Part shown: piece after piece, positions 16,128-20,000 of the stretch
Layout: each line of letters opens with the position of its first letter
How positions within the stretch are numbered: the stretch's first letter is position 1
Virus record (IMG/VR): IMGVR_UViG_3300020214_000011
DNA: 20,000 nucleotides
Strand: one strand, 5' to 3'
From: an uncultured virus (IMG/VR IMGVR_UViG_3300020214_000011)
Lineage: Duplodnaviria > Heunggongvirae > Uroviricota > Caudoviricetes
Position numbers and translations under genes: made by a program
The notes under the pieces: model-generated
Database searches by the model: none
The model's input: the letters and a program-made list of their open reading frames with translations, nothing else
Told to the model about the DNA's origin: nothing

Positions 16128-16164
16128 AAAAAAAGGACCCCGGGGTCCTTTCGGTACCCCGGGG
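16128..16164 (-). terminator. Intrinsic terminator
   Basis: On the minus strand CCCCGGGG-(TACCGAAAGGA)-CCCCGGGG-TCC then a T-run, downstream of the last minus-strand gene. Confidence 0.65.
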
Positions 16165-16187
16165 CGGAAAACGGCGGCGAAGGGGGG

Positions 16188-16301
16188 CTACGCGTCGTTT
16201 CCCTTGCGCGCGAAGATTCGCACGCAGGCCCTCGCGACGACCACCACGGCCGCCAGTGCGCAGACCGCCACCACGGCGGTCACGTTGATCCAGAACTCCA
16301 T
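16188..16301 (-). CDS. 37-aa single-pass membrane peptide
   Basis: MEFWINVTAVVAVCALAAVVVVARACVRIFARKGNDA starts 2 nt after the upstream stop; a hydrophobic stretch followed by basic residues. Confidence 0.65.
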   Translation of the reverse strand: MEFWINVTAVVAVCALAAVVVVARACVRIFARKGNDA

Positions 16302-16303
16302 GG

Positions 16304-16540
16304 TCAGCCCTTCCTCTTGTTGCTCAGCTGCACGTTGTGGAACTCCACCCACCTCGAGCCCCTGCCGGCCAGTGGCCTGACCTGCAGGTCCAGCCTGCCG
16401 TACCTGAACCGCTCGGCGACGACCCTCACGGCGACGGATATGTCGTCGATCGAGACGCTGCCGACCCTGCCCACCACGGAGCGGTGATCCCTCTTGTCCT
16501 GTGCGGAGAATGTCCGCGCCTTGTTTCGTTGCTTGCTCAT
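16304..16540 (-). CDS. Hypothetical phage protein (78 aa)
   Basis: TGGACA-16-TAGGAT-6nt-ATG leaderless geometry and GC3 bias. Confidence 0.7.
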   Translation of the reverse strand: MSKQRNKARTFSAQDKRDHRSVVGRVGSVSIDDISVAVRVVAERFRYGRLDLQVRPLAGRGSRWVEFHNVQLSNKRKG

Positions 16541-16565
16541 CCGATCATCCTATCTTCCGCCACCG

Positions 16566-16622
16566 TCATGTCCACAGCCAGACCATGAAGGTGCAGAAGG
16601 CGAAGAACAACAGCGTCCACAT
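16566..16622 (-). CDS. 18-aa hydrophobic micropeptide MWTLLFFAFCTFMVWLWT (copy B)
   Basis: TGATG-coupled; 14/18 identical to 9674-9730. Confidence 0.75.
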   Translation of the reverse strand: MWTLLFFAFCTFMVWLWT

Positions 16623-17170
16623 CAGGCGTCCGCCTTGCCGTCGGCCGGCGGGTAGGACTTCAGCTGCTGGAGCATCTTCTGGAAGCGATCCATCTCGCCA
16701 ATGGACGCGAGGCGCCTCTCGGTCGGGGTGACCGTCTCGTCGCCCCAGGATCGTCGCTCCTCCCTGACGAGGAGTTTGGAGTCCTTGAAGTCCCAGCGGT
16801 AGCGGTAGCAGTCCTCGCCCACCCACTCAACGAAGCTGCCGTCCTCCACCCAGCGGGCGATGGCCTCCATCAGGAGGTCCTCCTGGCCCTGCTTGTCGCC
16901 GTGCCAATTGGTGAGGCATATCCACCCGTCCGTGACGATGTGCTCGAACCCCATCTCGTTGAGGAGTTGGCCGAGCGACTCGTACTCGGAGAAGTCGGCC
17001 CTCATCCAGGAGAACCACTTCTCCTCCTTGCCGTCCTCGCCCACGGTGCCGCCACGCTTCATCGCGGGCGGGCACTCGGCGTTGAACTTCCTCAGCGCGG
17101 CGAGTGCGTCGTCGGCGTCCTGGGACTTGATGCGCACCGACATCTCGGTGACGTTGACGTAGTAACCCAC
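16622..17170 (-). CDS. Hypothetical phage protein (182 aa)
   Basis: Long ORF with strong GC3 bias; MGY start and GSFVEWVGED segment. Confidence 0.8.
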   Translation of the reverse strand: MGYYVNVTEMSVRIKSQDADDALAALRKFNAECPPAMKRGGTVGEDGKEEKWFSWMRADFSEYESLGQLLNEMGFEHIVTDGWICLTNWHGDKQGQEDLLMEAIARWVEDGSFVEWVGEDCYRYRWDFKDSKLLVREERRSWGDETVTPTERRLASIGEMDRFQKMLQQLKSYPPADGKADA

Positions 17171-17176
17171 GACGCC

Positions 17177-17521
17177 CTACTTCCGGCGGCGGTTGATCTT
17201 GCGGGTCCGCCTGATGATCGTCTTGACGTCGCACACGCTGAAATCGGCGCGCTTCTCCTCGTCGAGGCCCGCTGGATCCTCGACCTGGGCGTGGATCGCG
17301 CAGGAGAGCCTGTCGACCTCGGCCTCGGTGAGGCGGCGGTCGGCCGAGAACGACACGGTCGCCACGTAGGTGTTGGCCGCCTTGTTCTTGACGATCGGCT
17401 GCGTCTTGTTCTGCAGCGCCCCCATGATCCGGGAGAACTCGTTCTCCAGGCTCGTGACGCGGCGTGAGAGCGCCCGCGTCGTCCGCTTGGTCTTCTTCTT
17501 GGTTGTCTTCTTCCTGGGCAC
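17177..17521 (-). CDS. Basic hypothetical protein
   Basis: AAGGAGG RBS before GTG17521. Confidence 0.75.
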   Translation of the reverse strand: MPRKKTTKKKTKRTTRALSRRVTSLENEFSRIMGALQNKTQPIVKNKAANTYVATVSFSADRRLTEAEVDRLSCAIHAQVEDPAGLDEEKRADFSVCDVKTIIRRTRKINRRRK

Positions 17522-17551
17522 GGTGGCCTCCTTATCGTTGTTCGTGGTTAC

Positions 17552-17580
17552 ACGATACGGCGACATGTGGTCCCTTGCAA
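17552..17580 (-). promoter_or_regulatory. TTGCAA-class promoter
   Basis: GGGG-TTGCAA-17-TATCGT with CCG before the -10. Confidence 0.7.
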
Positions 17581-17583
17581 CCC

Positions 17584-17763
17584 CTAAGGAGTGTCATCCG
17601 CCACCGTCGTTTCCCTGGGCAGGAGTTTCCCGATGTCGGTCGTCATCTCGTCGAGCCTCCGCAGGATCGCGGGGACGTCCCTGTCGGAGACCTCGTGGCC
17701 GAGTTCGGCGACGTCGTCGGCGATCCTCTCCCAGAACATCTCGGTCAGCTGCCTGCCGGTCAC
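17584..17763 (-). CDS. Small hypothetical protein
   Basis: GTGA overlap with the upstream gene. Confidence 0.6.
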   Translation of the reverse strand: MTGRQLTEMFWERIADDVAELGHEVSDRDVPAILRRLDEMTTDIGKLLPRETTVADDTP

Positions 17764-18014
17764 TTCCGCTTCCCGCGCTTCCTCTTCGTCGAGAGCATGC
17801 GGCGCAGGCGTCGGCCCAGGTCGGCGTCCCGGTCGGCGACCTTGCCCTTCTTGGGGACGCGGAGCCAGCCCTGCTCGCCCAGGACCCCGTCGTGATAGAC
17901 CGACTCGACCTCGTAGAGGGGTCGGTCGTCGAAGCGGATCATGAGGGTCTCGTCGTCCAGGACGAAGCCGTCCCGCTCGGTCCACTTGACGACGAAGTAG
18001 TGCTCGATGCTCAT
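17760..18014 (-). CDS. Hypothetical protein with a basic tail
   Basis: ATGA overlap; MSIEHYFVVKW... Confidence 0.7.
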   Translation of the reverse strand: MSIEHYFVVKWTERDGFVLDDETLMIRFDDRPLYEVESVYHDGVLGEQGWLRVPKKGKVADRDADLGRRLRRMLSTKRKRGKRK

Positions 18015-18355
18015 TGGGCGCCCTGCGCGATCAGGCGCACGAAACCCGCGTTCGGGTCGGCCTCGTCGTGCCACACCGCCGACACGAATCGCAGCGGGCA
18101 GGATTCCTCCCACCAGGCGACCACCATGTCGTACATCTCGTCGGGCGACCCCGAGAACTTCTCCGAGAACCCACCCGTCCTCCGGCGGAACCACTCCGCC
18201 TCGGTCTCGTCCATGGCCAGGTAGATCTTGTGGCACCCGTCCCAGGCGACCAGGACGGCCCCCTCAGCGTACCTCCGCACGGCGTGCAGGCCCTCGGCCA
18301 CGCTCCCGCTGTCGTGCGAACTCTCGTAGTCTCGTCGCAGCGTCGTCTTTTCCAT
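18011..18355 (-). CDS. Hypothetical phage protein (WDGCHKIY motif)
   Basis: Leaderless ATG 7 nt after TAGCGT; GC3 bias. Confidence 0.75.
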   Translation of the reverse strand: MEKTTLRRDYESSHDSGSVAEGLHAVRRYAEGAVLVAWDGCHKIYLAMDETEAEWFRRRTGGFSEKFSGSPDEMYDMVVAWWEESCPLRFVSAVWHDEADPNAGFVRLIAQGAQ

Positions 18356-18362
18356 GGGCGTC

Positions 18363-18455
18363 ACGCTACGGCGCGCACGGGCACCTTGCAACCCGCAAGG
18401 AGGTGACGTGTGCCACTTCTTGCGGGTTGCAACCCGCAAGGATCGGCGGTAGTGT
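18363..18455. promoter_or_regulatory. Back-to-back TTGCAA-class promoters with a 22-bp perfect palindrome
   Basis: Minus strand TTGCAA(18391)-17-TAGCGT; plus strand TTGCAA(18427)-17-TAGTGT. Palindrome CTTGCGGGTTGCAACCCGCAAG at 18419-18440. Confidence 0.75.
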
Positions 18456-18462
18456 TTGGGGC

Positions 18463-18717
18463 ATGGAAAAGGAAACGAACACGCTCACCGACGAGCAACG
18501 ATGGCATTTGGACGAACTCACCCAGGAGTTGGAGCGGGCGATCCGCTACTACCGGGCGATCCTGGACGCGATCAGCGGGGGCGGGTACTCGCCCGCCGAC
18601 GCCGCGACCGACTGGGAGCAGCTCGCCTTCACCGAGGGGCTCAACCCGATGGCGGCCCTGGAGCAGTACGCGCACGGGGACGAGGGGTACCAGGGCAACC
18701 CGTGGGTCGTCCAATGA
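18463..18717 (+). CDS. Hypothetical acidic protein (84 aa)
   Basis: Leaderless ATG 7 nt after the -10; MEKETNTL... Confidence 0.75.
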   Translation: MEKETNTLTDEQRWHLDELTQELERAIRYYRAILDAISGGGYSPADAATDWEQLAFTEGLNPMAALEQYAHGDEGYQGNPWVVQ

Positions 18718-19031
18718 GGACCGAGACCGTGAGGCTGTATCACGGAACACCCGTGGCGTTTCCGAAGCGCACGCGCAAGGTTCACCCCACGCCGACGACG
18801 CAAGACACGGGTGGCTATCCGTTGGGTTGGCGTATCGCACACGCGACGAGCGACATAACCGAAGCGCAACTGTACGGCCCGGTCGTTTATGAAGTTGCGT
18901 ATGACGAGCACACGCAGGAGGGATACGGCGAGACTTGCTATTTCAGCGAGCGTGGATTTTGGATCATCAGGCGAGTGCCCCGGAGCGAGTTGATCATCCA
19001 CCACCGTCGTTTCGTTTTATCCGTCCGGTAG
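18714..19031 (+). CDS. ADP-ribosyltransferase-fold protein, Arr-like (105 aa)
   Basis: LYHGT, AHATSD..A..YG.VVYEV and YFSERGFWIIR; ATGA overlap. Confidence 0.6.
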   Translation: MRTETVRLYHGTPVAFPKRTRKVHPTPTTQDTGGYPLGWRIAHATSDITEAQLYGPVVYEVAYDEHTQEGYGETCYFSERGFWIIRRVPRSELIIHHRRFVLSVR

Positions 19032-19054
19032 CCGGCTCTTCCCCGCGCGCACTT

Positions 19055-19126
19055 GTTCACGAGTCCAGCGTCAAGTGAAGCCGTTCACGAGTCCAGCGTC
19101 AAGTGAAGCCGTTCACGAGTCCAGCG
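19055..19126. repeat. 28-bp perfect tandem repeat, about 2.6 copies
   Basis: GTTCACGAGTCCAGCGTCAAGTGAAGCC at 19055 and 19083, partial at 19111. Confidence 0.95.
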
Positions 19127-19253
19127 CCCTAGAACGAGACTGGGCTCGAGAGTAAGTACGCGCGCCGCGTGATCCAGGCCCGACGGGCGCGCGAACTTCG
19201 GGCTGGACTTCCGAACGGAAGTTCGCGCGTCGTTCTCGCGCCAGGCGCGATCT

Positions 19254-19562
19254 TTACTGATCGACGGAGTAATCGTATTCGTCGTCGCTTTCGCACCAGG
19301 CGTCGAGGTGGTGGGCGTCGATTATCGCCCAGGCCGGGGCTTCGGTCTGCCCTCGCCACGAAACGCCTTCGGGTAGGGCTACCTTCTCGTCGACGTTGCG
19401 CCTAGCGTTCCACGCTTCGATCGCGGCGATGCAGGTCGGGACCATTATTTCCGGGACCGGCGGGTAGTGATTACCCTTGAGATGCCACGCGATCTGTCGC
19501 TCCAGCGAGACGCCGAACTCCTCGGCGGCTTCGCGCATAGAAATGGCGGAGAAGAGACCCAT
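19254..19562 (-). CDS. Hypothetical phage protein
   Basis: 102-aa ORF (WHLKGNHYPPVP, HHLDAW) starting 4 nt after the upstream stop. Confidence 0.75.
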   Translation of the reverse strand: MGLFSAISMREAAEEFGVSLERQIAWHLKGNHYPPVPEIMVPTCIAAIEAWNARRNVDEKVALPEGVSWRGQTEAPAWAIIDAHHLDAWCESDDEYDYSVDQ

Positions 19563-19566
19563 CGCG

Positions 19567-19998
19567 TCACCAACTCGCCTGGTAGAGGAAGTCGACGTTG
19601 GTGCGGTGCTCGTCGGACCGCGGAAACCAGTCGTTCAGGATCGACCTGAGCTGCGTGACGGTCAACTCCAGGTCCTGCCAGTAGCCGTCGTCCACCTCGC
19701 TAGAGCCGAAGAAGAACCCCTGCGTCGGGGGCAACTCCCTCTCGGCCGTCGCGACGTCGGCAACGAGCAGTCTCTCGCCTAGGTGGAGCAGAGACTCGAG
19801 ACCCTCGCGGGGGACGTACATCTCGCGGCAGTCGTCGTCGCCGTTGGCGATGTTCCGGACGAACCATCCGTGAATCGCGTTGGCCTTGCGCCAGTACGCC
19901 ACGCACATCGTGACGCTCCCGGTCAGACCCACGGCGAGCGCGCCCTCGGTCGCCCCGACGGCCGACATCCCGGCCGCGTCCCTTATCTTGACGAACTC
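19567..19998 (-). CDS. Conserved-looking phage hypothetical protein, 5'-truncated
   Basis: YWRKANAIHGWF, LPPTQGFFFGS and YQASW motifs; frame open to the window edge. Confidence 0.8.
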   Translation of the reverse strand, partial: EFVKIRDAAGMSAVGATEGALAVGLTGSVTMCVAYWRKANAIHGWFVRNIANGDDDCREMYVPREGLESLLHLGERLLVADVATAERELPPTQGFFFGSSEVDDGYWQDLELTVTQLRSILNDWFPRSDEHRTNVDFLYQASW

Positions 19999-20000
19999 CG

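Noticed and set aside
15587..16187. ORFs 15587-16114, 15708-16487 and 15770-16129
   Set aside because: Low-complexity R/P/G/A translations across G-tracts, repeats and a terminator; treated as non-coding.
19055..19126. CRISPR mini-array
   Set aside because: The 28-bp units are directly adjacent with no unique spacers, and no cas genes are present.

Overview
A high-GC, densely packed segment of a tailed phage genome, most likely infecting Actinobacteria (two WhiB genes, sigmaA-type and leaderless promoters). No structural, integrase or host housekeeping genes were recognised. DNA metabolism genes: SNase-type nuclease, DUF1599/Nmad1-like protein, C5-cytosine methyltransferase, SSB, HARP-domain SNF2 ATPase, metallophosphoesterase, and a replisome-organiser-like/G39P-like pair. 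Host-interaction genes: a complete tmRNA (tag ANKQFALAA), tRNA-Arg(CCU), thioredoxin, an HslV/proteasome-beta-like protease, an Arr-like ADP-ribosyltransferase, several small regulators and many short hypothetical genes. Main observations the ORF track does not show: (i) the methyltransferase needs a CTG start coupled to the ssb stop, carries about six tandem TRD-like modules, and contains an out-of-frame nested gene resembling the M.EcoHK31I beta subunit; (ii) two dispersed paralogous 18-aa Trp/Phe-rich micropeptide genes with a synonymous-biased divergence; (iii) a recurring GG-TTGCAA-N17-TAnnnT promoter and several leaderless genes; (iv) two dispersed motifs (GCTGGACTCNKGARCG and GACGGTGGCGGA) concentrated in non-coding regions. 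All family assignments are from motif recognition by eye; no searches were run.
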